Shown piece by piece: positions 38,389 to 48,091 of a DNA stretch of 64,000 nt; within the stretch, counting starts at the first letter, position 1; each line of letters begins with the position of its first letter. The translations under genes were made by a program, and so were the position numbers. The DNA is from Clostridia bacterium (GTDB lineage Bacteria > Bacillota > Clostridia > Oscillospirales > Acutalibacteraceae): NCBI GenBank assembly GCA_017439545.1, contig JAFSIW010000048.1, positions 33,244-97,243 of the forward strand, given 5' to 3'. The notes below the pieces were generated by a model, which ran no database searches, was not told the DNA's origin, and saw nothing but the letters and a program-made list of their open reading frames with translations.

Positions 38389-40416
38389 TTATTTCAACAA
38401 TACACCGGTTTGCCGTCCGCTATATGCCTCTCCCTGATAAAAGAAGTAGGCATCAAAAATATCGCGGGTAGGTTGGGCGCAGCCGGAGCCGTAACCACCT
38501 TTTTCTACCACGGTTACCACGGCGATTTCAGGATTCTCATAGGGCGCAAACGCCACGAAAATGCCGTTGTTGTATTCCACGCCGTTATCATACACGGTGG
38601 CGGTACCTGTTTTGCCTCCCACCTGAATGGGATAGTCGGTAAACAATCCCGAAACCGAGCCTTCGGTGGTAACCGACAGCATCCCTTTTTTGACCACGTC
38701 GGTCACCTCGGGAGAAATGCCGGTGGTGTCCATTACCTCAATTTCGGTTTTGAATTTCACCTCGGTTAAGTCGTAGTTCCGCACCTCATCGATCATATGG
38801 GCTTTATACCGCGTGCCGCCGTTGGCGAGGGTAGAAATGTACACCGCCAGTTGCAAGGGAGTAAAAGCATTATCCGACTGACCGATGGCGGCTTGCAGAG
38901 TGTCGCCGTCGCTCCAATAGGAGTTGATGGATTCTCGATAGGCACGTCCCGCCAGAATCCCGGTGGCTTCGTTCAGTTCAATACCGGTCTCTACTCCCAA
39001 ACCGTATTTTTTACAATACTCGTTCAACTTAGTGATACCGATACGACGACCCGCCTCATAGAAAAAGTAGTTGCAAGAAACCTGCAATGCTCCTACCACA
39101 TCCAACGAGCCGTGATAATGCATACACGAGGGTTGATAGTCTTCATAATACTTATACACCTCAGAGCAGAAGATCGACTCCCTGTCGGTGATGTTGGCGG
39201 TTTGCAGACCCACGCTGGCTGTAGCAGGTTTAAAGGTGGAGCCGGGGGCATAAATACCGCTGAGTGCCCGATTAAACAAGGGGCGGGCAGGATCCTTTAA
39301 CAGGGAATCGTAGTCCTTTTGATAGGTATTCACGTCATACGACGGATAGGTGACCGCCGCCAATACGGCGCCTGTGTTCACGTTCATTACCACAATACTG
39401 CCGGCATTGGCTGAGCGGGTATTGCGATCGTTGGTACCGCCCAGCTTATAGATCAGGTCTCTGAGAGAATCCTGTGCCACCTGCTGAATATTCCGATCCA
39501 GCGTCAGCATAACCGAGCTACCCGCTTCAGGCTCTACGGTCACGTCGGAGGACAGCACCTTGCCCGAGGAATCACGGATGGTTTTCAATTCCCCCGCTTT
39601 GCCCCGCAGATGGCTTTCGGCATATTTTTCGATGCCCGATTTTCCTACCATATCGTTATAGGAATAGCCTTGATCTTTCAGTTCTTCCCATTCTTCGGCA
39701 TAGATCGGACCGATATTGCCAATCAAATGAGAAGCGATGGTGCCGGTTACATAATCGCGAGAGGTGACCACCGAAGTCTCCACCCCCGGCAATTTGGCAG
39801 AGGACTCTTCTACCCGCGCTACCGTATTCAGGCTGACGCCTTTGGCAAAGGTATAGGGAATGGTGTCAGCGTAGTCTGCCACCAGCATAGTAAGCCGCAC
39901 CCCCATAATCGTGCGTTGCTGTGCCTGTGTATACCCTTCCAGCTCGAAATCCTCTACCATAGCATGCCAGCAGTTTTCAGCAGTGGCATAATGGGCCAGT
40001 CCAAGTTCACGGATCATGGTAGCAGGAGAAATATTGGCATTCTCATCAAACACATAGGGAGCGGTTTTGGTCAAAGGAGCATCATCCACCCACGCTTCTC
40101 CCGTTTTGGTCAGCAGATCGGTCAGCACCAGAATGGTATCGTTCAGCCGATCAGCAGGCAAATAGATCTTGTTAAACACCAGATCGTAGGCTTCTTTGTT
40201 GGTAGCAAAAGCACGGCCGTAGCAATCCAAAATCTCCCCTCTTGCCGCCTGCAAGGAGGTATAGGTTGCCGTTGCCGCCAAAGACTCGGTCACATATTTT
40301 TCCCGATTGACGATCTGCCAATTCACCAGCCGCAGGCAATAGGATGCCAGCACTACGGCCAGAATCAGACACAAGGCCACAATACGGGGGTCCTTCTTCT
40401 TTTTACGAAATCCCAT
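38389..40416 (-). CDS. mrdA: Penicillin-binding protein 2 (elongation-specific class B transpeptidase)
   Basis: It has an N-terminal TM anchor and the PBP dimerisation domain. Active-site motifs are STFKP, SCN (SxN) and KTGTA. It lies directly after mreD. Confidence 0.9.
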   Translation of the reverse strand: MGFRKKKKDPRIVALCLILAVVLASYCLRLVNWQIVNREKYVTESLAATATYTSLQAARGEILDCYGRAFATNKEAYDLVFNKIYLPADRLNDTILVLTDLLTKTGEAWVDDAPLTKTAPYVFDENANISPATMIRELGLAHYATAENCWHAMVEDFELEGYTQAQQRTIMGVRLTMLVADYADTIPYTFAKGVSLNTVARVEESSAKLPGVETSVVTSRDYVTGTIASHLIGNIGPIYAEEWEELKDQGYSYNDMVGKSGIEKYAESHLRGKAGELKTIRDSSGKVLSSDVTVEPEAGSSVMLTLDRNIQQVAQDSLRDLIYKLGGTNDRNTRSANAGSIVVMNVNTGAVLAAVTYPSYDVNTYQKDYDSLLKDPARPLFNRALSGIYAPGSTFKPATASVGLQTANITDRESIFCSEVYKYYEDYQPSCMHYHGSLDVVGALQVSCNYFFYEAGRRIGITKLNEYCKKYGLGVETGIELNEATGILAGRAYRESINSYWSDGDTLQAAIGQSDNAFTPLQLAVYISTLANGGTRYKAHMIDEVRNYDLTEVKFKTEIEVMDTTGISPEVTDVVKKGMLSVTTEGSVSGLFTDYPIQVGGKTGTATVYDNGVEYNNGIFVAFAPYENPEIAVVTVVEKGGYGSGCAQPTRDIFDAYFFYQGEAYSGRQTGVLLK

Positions 40417-40429
40417 ATTCGTTCCTCAT

Positions 40430-40945
40430 TTACCAATAGCGGTGTAGCCATTTGAGCAACGGATAAAACAATCCGCCGAACACCGCGGAATACACGGCGC
40501 CGCTCAAGGAAAAGCGGTACAAATACACCCAACCGCCGCCACCGCCCAATATCACCTTGAACAGCAGCCAATACAAAACAAAATAAACCAGACACACCCC
40601 TAAAATCAATGTAAAAGAGGCGAGCAAATTATTCATAAATAAATGACGGATAATCAGTCCGCACCCTATTCCCACGGCGGTAAGCACGACAATGTGAAAC
40701 CCCACGCAGGGCGTGGTATAAACGTCCATCAGCAAACCTGCCGCCAAGCCAAATACGCCGCCGATCATTTCACCATAGATCATACCGATGCAAGCAATCA
40801 GCGATACCAACAGCACGGGGGATATGCCCCATACCGTTAAGATTCCGTCGGGCGCACTTTGCACGCTCCAAGCGGTCAACAACAGCACCGCAAGCAAACT
40901 ATAATGAAGCCATGGCTTCAGCTTGGGAAGATCGCGGTTATTCAT
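40430..40945 (-). CDS. mreD: Rod shape-determining protein MreD
   Basis: 171-aa polytopic membrane protein immediately after mreC, overlapping it by 8 nt. Confidence 0.8.
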   Translation of the reverse strand: MNNRDLPKLKPWLHYSLLAVLLLTAWSVQSAPDGILTVWGISPVLLVSLIACIGMIYGEMIGGVFGLAAGLLMDVYTTPCVGFHIVVLTAVGIGCGLIIRHLFMNNLLASFTLILGVCLVYFVLYWLLFKVILGGGGGWVYLYRFSLSGAVYSAVFGGLFYPLLKWLHRYW

Positions 40946-41792
40946 TCACGATCCCACCTTGTCCTTCAAAGTCGGTAATGACCATAACCTGTGTCAGCTG
41001 TTGCACGTCCACCACAGGCTTAACCACCGCATACAGCGACACGTTGGATTGCTCTTTTTTAATGTCGGTTACCGTGCCGATGATCAGACCCGAGGGGAAC
41101 ATACCACCGTCTCCCGAGGTAATCACGTAATCCCCCACCGTAACAGCGGAATTGCTGGTCAAATAGGAAAGCTGACATACGCCTTGGCTGAGCAAGGAAG
41201 CGTCGCCTCCGATCACGCCCGATTCACGAGTACGGCTGACCAACGCCCCCACCCGCAGGCCCGGGTCGATGACCGTAACCACGGTAGACACCGAAGTACC
41301 CACCTGGGATATGTATCCCACCAGACCGTCTTTGGTAATCACCGGATCGTGCAAGGCGATCCCATCACGACTGCCTGCATCAATCGAAAAGGAGGCGCTG
41401 GCATCGGCAGCATCCCGCGCGGTGACCGTTGCCGGCTGAAAGGTATAGTCGCTGTGTTGCTCCTTCATTTCAAGGAACTGCTTATAAAATTCATTTTCCC
41501 GTTTATACCGGTCATATTCCACCAATTGCTCCCGATAGCCGCGGATTTCTTCTCGCAGACGGTTGTTTTCTTCTTCTATGGTATCCAATCGACCTACGGC
41601 GGTAAATGCACGGTCAATAGAACGGGTCACCGAGTTACCGATGGTCTGAAAGGGCGACAGCACCATACCCAGCAAATCGGATTGGGGCGCAAGCATATGG
41701 CCGAACAAGGAAAAGCCAATGCTCACCGCCACCAGCACGCACACCGTAATAGCCAATATTTTAAAGCCTCTTGAGGCAAAAAACTTTCTCAC
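40938..41792 (-). CDS. mreC: Rod shape-determining protein MreC
   Basis: It has an N-terminal TM segment, a coiled coil (ENNRLREEIRGYREQLVEYDRYKRENE) and a beta-barrel domain with SGDGGMFPSGLIIG. Confidence 0.88.
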   Translation of the reverse strand: MRKFFASRGFKILAITVCVLVAVSIGFSLFGHMLAPQSDLLGMVLSPFQTIGNSVTRSIDRAFTAVGRLDTIEEENNRLREEIRGYREQLVEYDRYKRENEFYKQFLEMKEQHSDYTFQPATVTARDAADASASFSIDAGSRDGIALHDPVITKDGLVGYISQVGTSVSTVVTVIDPGLRVGALVSRTRESGVIGGDASLLSQGVCQLSYLTSNSAVTVGDYVITSGDGGMFPSGLIIGTVTDIKKEQSNVSLYAVVKPVVDVQQLTQVMVITDFEGQGGIVNE

Positions 41793-41804
41793 AACTAACT
41801 CCTC

Positions 41805-42824
41805 TTATTGATTGGCGTACTTTCTTCTTCTCTCAAAGAAGTCCATATCAATATCCATTTCAAGACGCTTCAGCGTGCCTTGCACCACACAATCCAAGGG
41901 ATTCTCCGCCACTCGCACGGGAATATCGGTCTCTCGTGCGATCAAGCGGTCCAGCCCCCGCAGCATGGCACCGCCGCCGGTGAGTACAATGCCCCGATCC
42001 ACAATGTCGCTGGCCAATTCCGGCGGTGTTTTTTCCAGCGTGGAGCGCACCGTATCCACAATGCTTGCCACCACGTCCGACAAGGCCTCCCGCACCTCAG
42101 CCGAAGAAATGTCGATGTTTTTGGGCAGACCGTCCATCAGATTGCGACCGCGAACTTCTAAAATCTGTTCTTCTTCGGTCTCACAAGCCGAGCCGATGGT
42201 CATTTTAATTTGTTCGGCGGTACGTTCCCCAATCAGCAGATTGTATTTTTTACGCACGTAAGTAATAATAGCGTCATCCATATCGTCGCCGCCTACCCGT
42301 ACCGATTGTGCGGTAACAATGTCGCCCAGCGACAGAACCGCCACCTCGGAGGTACCGCCGCCGATATCCACCACCATACTGCCCACCGCTTCAAACACCG
42401 GCAGACCTGCGCCGATAGCCGCTGCCATAGGCTCTTCGATCAAGTCCACCTCGCGAGCGCCTGCTTGTACGGCGGCATCGTGCACCGCACGCACCTCTAC
42501 CTCAGTTACCCCTGAGGGAATACAAATCATAACCTTAATACGGGAAAACACCGACCCTTTAATGGCCTGCCGCATAAACCGCTTGAGCATAGCGGCGGTT
42601 ACGTCAAAGTCAGCAATAACCCCATCTTTTAAAGGGCGAACCGCCACAATGGAGCCGGGGGTACGACCGATCATTGCTTTAGCTTCACTGCCTACGGCAC
42701 GAACGGTTTCATTGCGCACGTCCACCGCCACCACCGACGGTTCACGCATAACGATTCCTTTGCCTTTAATACAAACCAAGGTATTGGCAGTACCCAAATC
42801 AATACCGATTTCTCTGGTAAACAT
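41805..42824 (-). CDS. mreB: Rod shape-determining actin homologue MreB
   Basis: [24 protein letters not shown] and [15 protein letters not shown] are actin-fold motifs. ATG 42824 follows an AAAGGAGAA RBS. Confidence 0.95.
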   Translation of the reverse strand: MFTREIGIDLGTANTLVCIKGKGIVMREPSVVAVDVRNETVRAVGSEAKAMIGRTPGSIVAVRPLKDGVIADFDVTAAMLKRFMRQAIKGSVFSRIKVMICIPSGVTEVEVRAVHDAAVQAGAREVDLIEEPMAAAIGAGLPVFEAVGSMVVDIGGGTSEVAVLSLGDIVTAQSVRVGGDDMDDAIITYVRKKYNLLIGERTAEQIKMTIGSACETEEEQILEVRGRNLMDGLPKNIDISSAEVREALSDVVASIVDTVRSTLEKTPPELASDIVDRGIVLTGGGAMLRGLDRLIARETDIPVRVAENPLDCVVQGTLKRLEMDIDMDFFERRRKYANQ

Positions 42825-42944
42825 CTTACATTCTCCTTTAAGCTGTCCTTCTCTATCTGACAAAAATCAACAATACTCTATTATCTAATCTTTTTTATTA
42901 TAACCGCAAATGCCATATTACACAATAGGTTTGAGAAAACTTTC

Positions 42945-42984
42945 TTGAAAAAATTTAAGCACCGCAGTTTCCTGCGGTGCTTAA
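42945..42984 (-). terminator. Rho-independent terminator of paralogue P1
   Basis: Perfect 13-bp stem TTAAGCACCGCAG / CTGCGGTGCTTAA with a 4-nt loop. On the minus strand it is followed by ATTTTTTC. Confidence 0.8.
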
Positions 42985-43069
42985 GGTGAGCATTGAAACT
43001 TGAACCCGCCGCAAAGCGGGATATTTCGGTGCTTTTCAGCGGGTTCGGATTTGTCACTCTACCCTATGA

Positions 43070-45505
43070 TTAGTTAATGATATACCCTTTACCCGACTGT
43101 GCGGCAAAGTCCAAGAAAGAATATAGTTCAAGGTACTGCATTTTGTGTCCCTTTTCATTGCCATACTCAGTAAAGTTATTCACGATTTGTTCCGTTTGGG
43201 AAGGCGAGATGCAAACCGTTCGGTAAGCGGCAAAGTTATAGCCGTTCATCCGTTCAAACGCGTGTTCGTACAAAGCACTCATAGGAGTATCGGCCCCGAT
43301 TCCGTTGTTGCAATACACGTAAGGAATGCCTTTGTATTGCGCCATCTTCGCGGCGCCGCAATTATGCAGACTGCCCATGGTTGAAAACGTGCTGAAGGTG
43401 CGCATTACGTCGGTGGTCATGGGGTTGCTTCCGTTGATAATAAAGCCGGTAGCCTTAATATCAAACCGATCGTAGAAGGTTTTGCAATAGGTCGCCCACA
43501 TGGTATCCCCGTTGGCGTACTGGGCCGGACGGGGCTTGCCGGTATAGGCAAGGTTATCGCCGCCGAACAGACCGGCAGGAATCACGTAACCTGCGCCGCT
43601 GTCCCCTGCGGCAATGAATTCGTGATCATATTTATTGGCGTAAATATAATCAAAGACCATTGGCACCCGTTGAGATAAGTTGGGGTTGAAGCACCAAGTA
43701 AGAGGGATGCGGGAACGAGCCTTATCGCCGCCGCGGTTGACCCAATAGTTATACACGAAGGTTTTCAGCCATGCCGAGGAATCGTAGTCCCCTAAATAAA
43801 TGGTAAAGTAGGTGGTCTCGTCATCATAAGTCAGACCGTGATCGTATTCCTCCCACTTATTGTCATAGGTAGATGACAGAGGAACATACTTATAATACGC
43901 TGAGCCATTGGTCATATTGGCAGGTTGTGCCGCGTCAGCTTCTTTTGCCAGATTGTAGCAAGAAATATACTCACAGTACAGCCATTCGATCCAAGTGGCG
44001 GCGGCTGTTCCCTGCTCCACATCAATACAGTATTTGACCCACCAGGGAGGAAAGCCCATTAACTGACCCATAGCACCCTTGGCACGTTCATAGCGGCGAG
44101 CGTAGATCATCAGCATCGTTTCTTGGTCGGTGCCAAGTTCCGCTAAGGTACCGATCAAATTATTCTCGTAGGTATAGACCCAGTCCACAGCAACATACTC
44201 GCCGCAACCATCGCATAAAGGATCTTCATACCCGGTCAATTCATCCACATAGTAATACCGTTCATGACCACACGCCAGGCACGTATAATGCACCCGTGTT
44301 TGCTGCGCAACGTCGTCACAAATTTCCTCTTTATTGGGCGAAAGGTCAAAAAAGAAGCAACGACGGGCAATCAGATAATCGTGATTGGAAAGGCAGGTAA
44401 TATAGGAATTCCACAACAAAGCGGTAGGATTGTCGGGATAGGCTTCGTATCCCTTGATGCAGGGTGCGCCATCCAAAATATAAGCAAGGTAATTGGCAGA
44501 GCAACGGTCGAAATATTTTTCCAACGCCCAGCGGTACGCATCGTTTTTGGCGCTACCGGTGCTGATCACGTTGGTATCGGCGATTTTTTCGCCTTTGTGC
44601 CCATCTTCGAACAAACCAACCAAGGATTGTTTCACCGCAATGCCTTTGTCCAAAAGTTCTTGGTGGAGAGGGCTTTTTGCCAGCACGGGCAAATATCCGT
44701 CCAGACCGCAAATGGTGCCTGCTACGTTGGCGGTAGCAGGTACGTAGCCATCCCACAAAATCACACCGCAATAGGCGATCTGATTTTTAAAAGCGTTGTA
44801 AAATTCATCCCAAGAGGCAATACGGATCTCTTCATAGCCTTCGTACACCGAGCCTTCAGCTTTCATATATTCCAGCCAGCCCACGTCCATATCCGCTTCG
44901 GTCATATAGATAATGGAGGTGTGATCGGCATCCCGTCCGAAGTCCCGATTCACAAGCCCCTGCAGGCTGTACGCCAAACGACGCACGTCGTTATTCACCA
45001 GCGCATTATTGCCAATCCTGTAAATGGTTTTAGCTTGCAGACCGGTGTTATCCATTACAAAACTGCAATCGGCAGTGGTATCGGTGGCATAAGCGCCGTT
45101 CACCGACAGAGAGGTATTATATTCAAAGTCGCTTTCCTTATATGCCTGATAGGTGGCGAAAGGGTCAACGTATTGATAGTCGGACAAACTGCCCGCATCG
45201 TGGGCATCCCCTGCCGCAAAGCGGTCAAGCTTGCCTACCACCCGCTTTAGTACGCACAATGCATCCGACGCATTCACGCCGCCGTCTACATCTACGTCAC
45301 CCAACGTCATCTGTAGGTTAGAAAAACTCACCTTACCTACGGTATATTGCAACATCAGCAAAGCATCGTTGGCATTGGTCACGTTGTCATCGTTTACGTC
45401 ACCGAAGCGGTAGGCATTTCCCCGCAAGGTCACGTCCGAAGAGGCAGATACCGTAACGGTAAACAGCGTAGCAACAGCCAGCATCAGACAAATCCATCGT
45501 TTCAT
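43070..45505 (-). CDS. P1: secreted dockerin-bearing protein with an uncharacterised enzyme-like core (GxGYxYP-like, putative glycan-active)
   Basis: Signal peptide MKRWICLMLAVATLFTVTVSASS. The dockerin is a duplicated segment: GDVNDDNVTNANDALLMLQYTVGK ... GDVDVDGGVNASDALCVLKRVVGK. The core has the blocks NHDYLIARRCFFFDL, GFPPWWVKY, GDYDSSAWLK, NPNLSQRVP and GAGYVIP. ATG 45505 lies 9 nt after an AAGGAG RBS. Confidence 0.8.
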   Translation of the reverse strand: MKRWICLMLAVATLFTVTVSASSDVTLRGNAYRFGDVNDDNVTNANDALLMLQYTVGKVSFSNLQMTLGDVDVDGGVNASDALCVLKRVVGKLDRFAAGDAHDAGSLSDYQYVDPFATYQAYKESDFEYNTSLSVNGAYATDTTADCSFVMDNTGLQAKTIYRIGNNALVNNDVRRLAYSLQGLVNRDFGRDADHTSIIYMTEADMDVGWLEYMKAEGSVYEGYEEIRIASWDEFYNAFKNQIAYCGVILWDGYVPATANVAGTICGLDGYLPVLAKSPLHQELLDKGIAVKQSLVGLFEDGHKGEKIADTNVISTGSAKNDAYRWALEKYFDRCSANYLAYILDGAPCIKGYEAYPDNPTALLWNSYITCLSNHDYLIARRCFFFDLSPNKEEICDDVAQQTRVHYTCLACGHERYYYVDELTGYEDPLCDGCGEYVAVDWVYTYENNLIGTLAELGTDQETMLMIYARRYERAKGAMGQLMGFPPWWVKYCIDVEQGTAAATWIEWLYCEYISCYNLAKEADAAQPANMTNGSAYYKYVPLSSTYDNKWEEYDHGLTYDDETTYFTIYLGDYDSSAWLKTFVYNYWVNRGGDKARSRIPLTWCFNPNLSQRVPMVFDYIYANKYDHEFIAAGDSGAGYVIPAGLFGGDNLAYTGKPRPAQYANGDTMWATYCKTFYDRFDIKATGFIINGSNPMTTDVMRTFSTFSTMGSLHNCGAAKMAQYKGIPYVYCNNGIGADTPMSALYEHAFERMNGYNFAAYRTVCISPSQTEQIVNNFTEYGNEKGHKMQYLELYSFLDFAAQSGKGYIIN

Positions 45506-45523
45506 GTCATTCAACTCCTTGGA

Positions 45524-45561
45524 ATAGAAAGAGAGGCGAGCGATGGAAGACCGCTCGCCTC
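45524..45561 (-). terminator. Rho-independent terminator of paralogue P2
   Basis: Stem GAGGCGAGCG / CGCTCGCCTC with a 9-nt loop, followed by a T-rich tail on the minus strand. Confidence 0.7.
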
Positions 45562-45570
45562 GAACTAACT

Positions 45571-47880
45571 CTATTGAATTGTAGCGCCTTGACCGGATTG
45601 TTTCAACACTTTCGCATAGGTATAAGGATCAACGTATGCTACCTTCAAGCCTTTGTCGGAAGCATAGGTTTTGAATCCGGACACCATGCCGTTAATTTCG
45701 GTAGGCGTCTTGCAGACCGTGCGGTAGGCACTGAAGTTGTATCCGGCGTTCAAGGTAGTCTGAGCATGTGAGTACATAGTACTTTCACTGCCGGGACCGA
45801 TGCCGTTTTGGCAATAAATAAAGTACGTTCCGTTATATTTACCAACGCGGGTATTGAAGCAGTTGGTAAAGTTGATGACCGGTGAATACTTGGTAACACA
45901 AGCTGCAATGTTCTTGGTCACGGTATGCTGTGCACCGTTGATGATAAAGCCGGTCACATCCATATCAAACCGATCGTAATAGGTTTTAGAGAATCTGGCG
46001 AAGGCATCGCCGCCTGCCGCATTGCCTGCGGGACGTTTTTCGCCCATATACGCCAGCCGATTGTCGTGGAACAGGGCTTCGGGAATGATGTATCCTGCGC
46101 CGCCGTCACCGCCGGCCATATAGTCCAGATCGCTCTTGTTGTTATACATATATTCGAAGATCATGGGAACACGATCACTCAGATTGGGGTTGATGGACCA
46201 CATCAGCGGCAAAGTGCCACGTTTCTTGTCGCCGCCCCGTTGTGCCCACATGGTATAGATGTGTTGTTTGAGCCAAGCGGAGGAGTCATAGTCCCCTACG
46301 TAAATGGTGTAATAGTAGGTATCTTTATCAAAGGTGGTATCGGTGGATGCTTTGTTATTGGTGTACTTTTTGGTACCGGGAATATATTTATAATAAGCCG
46401 AACCGTTGGTCATTTGGGCAGGATGTGCCGCATCGGCTTCTTTTGCCAAGTTGTAGCAAGTGATATATTCGCAGTACAGCCATTCGATCCAGGTGGCTAC
46501 CTGACCGCCCTGACCGTGGTGGGAGGTGTATTTGAGCCACCAGGGGGGGAAGCCCATCAAGAAGCCGAATTCACCATTGGCGCGGTCGTAACGGGCTTGA
46601 TAGATCTTCAGCATGGTAGCATTGTCTACGCCCCAATCCGCTTGATCGTTTTGTTGGGCAGGGTCATCACAGGCAGCTTCCAGCGAATAGGGAGCCAAGT
46701 CGAAGAAGAAGCAACGACGGGCAATCAGATAGTCGTGGTTGGACAGGCAGTTGGTGCCGGCATCCGACAGCAAGGCTGTGGGATGATCTTCATATGCCTC
46801 GTAGCCCTTAATGCAGGGGGCGCCGTCCAAGGTGTAAGCCAAGTATTTGGAGGAACAGCGGGGGAAGTATTTTTCCAATGCCCACAGATAAGCGTCATTT
46901 TTGGCGCTACCGGTGCTGGCAATATTGGTGCCGGTGATCTTTTGGCCTTTTTGGCCGTTTTTAAACATTCCCACCAGACTCATTTTTACTTCCACGCCGG
47001 CTTCCACCAATTCTTTGTGCAAGGGGGATTCGGCGAGCACGGGCAGATAACCGTCCAAGCCGCAGATGGTGGCGGCTACGTTGGCAGTAGCAGGTACGTT
47101 ACCGTCCCACAGAATAATACCGCAGGATTTGATTACTCCCATGAATTTTTCTATAAATAAATCCCAAGTATTTACCCGAATTTCGGACATTCCGTCTTGC
47201 GCGCCTGCTTCTGAAGCATCTTGCAGAATTGAACCGTCAGCGGTAATGGTGTTAAGCCAATGGGCATCGGAGGTTTCTTTGGTGAGATACAACATCGAGG
47301 TGTGCTTATCATCCAATCCGAAGTCACGGTTAATCAGTCCTTGCAAGCTATAGAACAAACGGGCAGAATCGGTACTGCTACCAACAGCAGCAGAAGTAGC
47401 ACGGTAAAGGGTGAAGGGTTGCAAGGTACTGGTGTCCAACCTAAAACTGGTATCGGCAGTGGTATCTGCTACATATGCGCCGTTGACCGAATTGGATTTA
47501 TCATAATCCAAAATATAGTTGCCGGTAGGCTCGGGTTTTACGGAGGTGTCATTGATCACGTAATAAACACCGGGAGCAAAGGCGGTAACCTTACCCACCA
47601 CATATTGCAAGATGATCAACGCATCAGCGGCAGAGACCGTGTTGTTGTCGTCTACGTCTAAAACATTTTCTTGATCTTCATTCAGCAAGGTTTTACCAAC
47701 CACGCTTTGCAAAGCCAGCAATGCATCAGCCGCGCTGACAGTTTGGTCCAAATTCCCGTCACCGTACTTTATGTAATCGGTGCCGTAAGTCCCTTCGGGC
47801 ACTTCCTCAGCCAATACGGGCACAGAAACCACACTGACAAGCATAAGCAAGGTCAGCAAAAGGGCAATACTTTTCTTCAT
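45571..47880 (-). CDS. P2: secreted dockerin-bearing paralogue of the same core
   Basis: ATG 47880 (MKKSIALLLTLLMLVSVVSVPVLAEE) follows a GAGGAAG RBS; the track start is 81 nt upstream. Dockerin: GDGNLDQTVSAADALLALQSVVGK ... DVDDNNTVSAADALIILQYVVGK. Same core blocks, with GAGYIIP. Confidence 0.82.
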   Translation of the reverse strand: MKKSIALLLTLLMLVSVVSVPVLAEEVPEGTYGTDYIKYGDGNLDQTVSAADALLALQSVVGKTLLNEDQENVLDVDDNNTVSAADALIILQYVVGKVTAFAPGVYYVINDTSVKPEPTGNYILDYDKSNSVNGAYVADTTADTSFRLDTSTLQPFTLYRATSAAVGSSTDSARLFYSLQGLINRDFGLDDKHTSMLYLTKETSDAHWLNTITADGSILQDASEAGAQDGMSEIRVNTWDLFIEKFMGVIKSCGIILWDGNVPATANVAATICGLDGYLPVLAESPLHKELVEAGVEVKMSLVGMFKNGQKGQKITGTNIASTGSAKNDAYLWALEKYFPRCSSKYLAYTLDGAPCIKGYEAYEDHPTALLSDAGTNCLSNHDYLIARRCFFFDLAPYSLEAACDDPAQQNDQADWGVDNATMLKIYQARYDRANGEFGFLMGFPPWWLKYTSHHGQGGQVATWIEWLYCEYITCYNLAKEADAAHPAQMTNGSAYYKYIPGTKKYTNNKASTDTTFDKDTYYYTIYVGDYDSSAWLKQHIYTMWAQRGGDKKRGTLPLMWSINPNLSDRVPMIFEYMYNNKSDLDYMAGGDGGAGYIIPEALFHDNRLAYMGEKRPAGNAAGGDAFARFSKTYYDRFDMDVTGFIINGAQHTVTKNIAACVTKYSPVINFTNCFNTRVGKYNGTYFIYCQNGIGPGSESTMYSHAQTTLNAGYNFSAYRTVCKTPTEINGMVSGFKTYASDKGLKVAYVDPYTYAKVLKQSGQGATIQ

Positions 47881-48051
47881 AACATTCACTTCCTCAACTG
47901 TTTTTCGGATCCGATATATAAGGTGATCCAACATAATGATTATACACGAATCCGACCGCAAAACTCAATACACATTTATCACAAAAAACCACATTCCACT
48001 TTGGTGGTTTTACACAAAAAAACCTGTGGTAAAATATTCAAAATCACCAAA

Positions 48052-48084
48052 GAAAAACGCTGTAAGGAGAACCCTTACAGCGTT
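48052..48084 (-). terminator. Rho-independent terminator of paralogue P3
   Basis: Stem AACGCTGTAAGG / CCTTACAGCGTT, followed by TTTTTC on the minus strand. Confidence 0.75.
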
Positions 48085-48091
48085 TTATCAA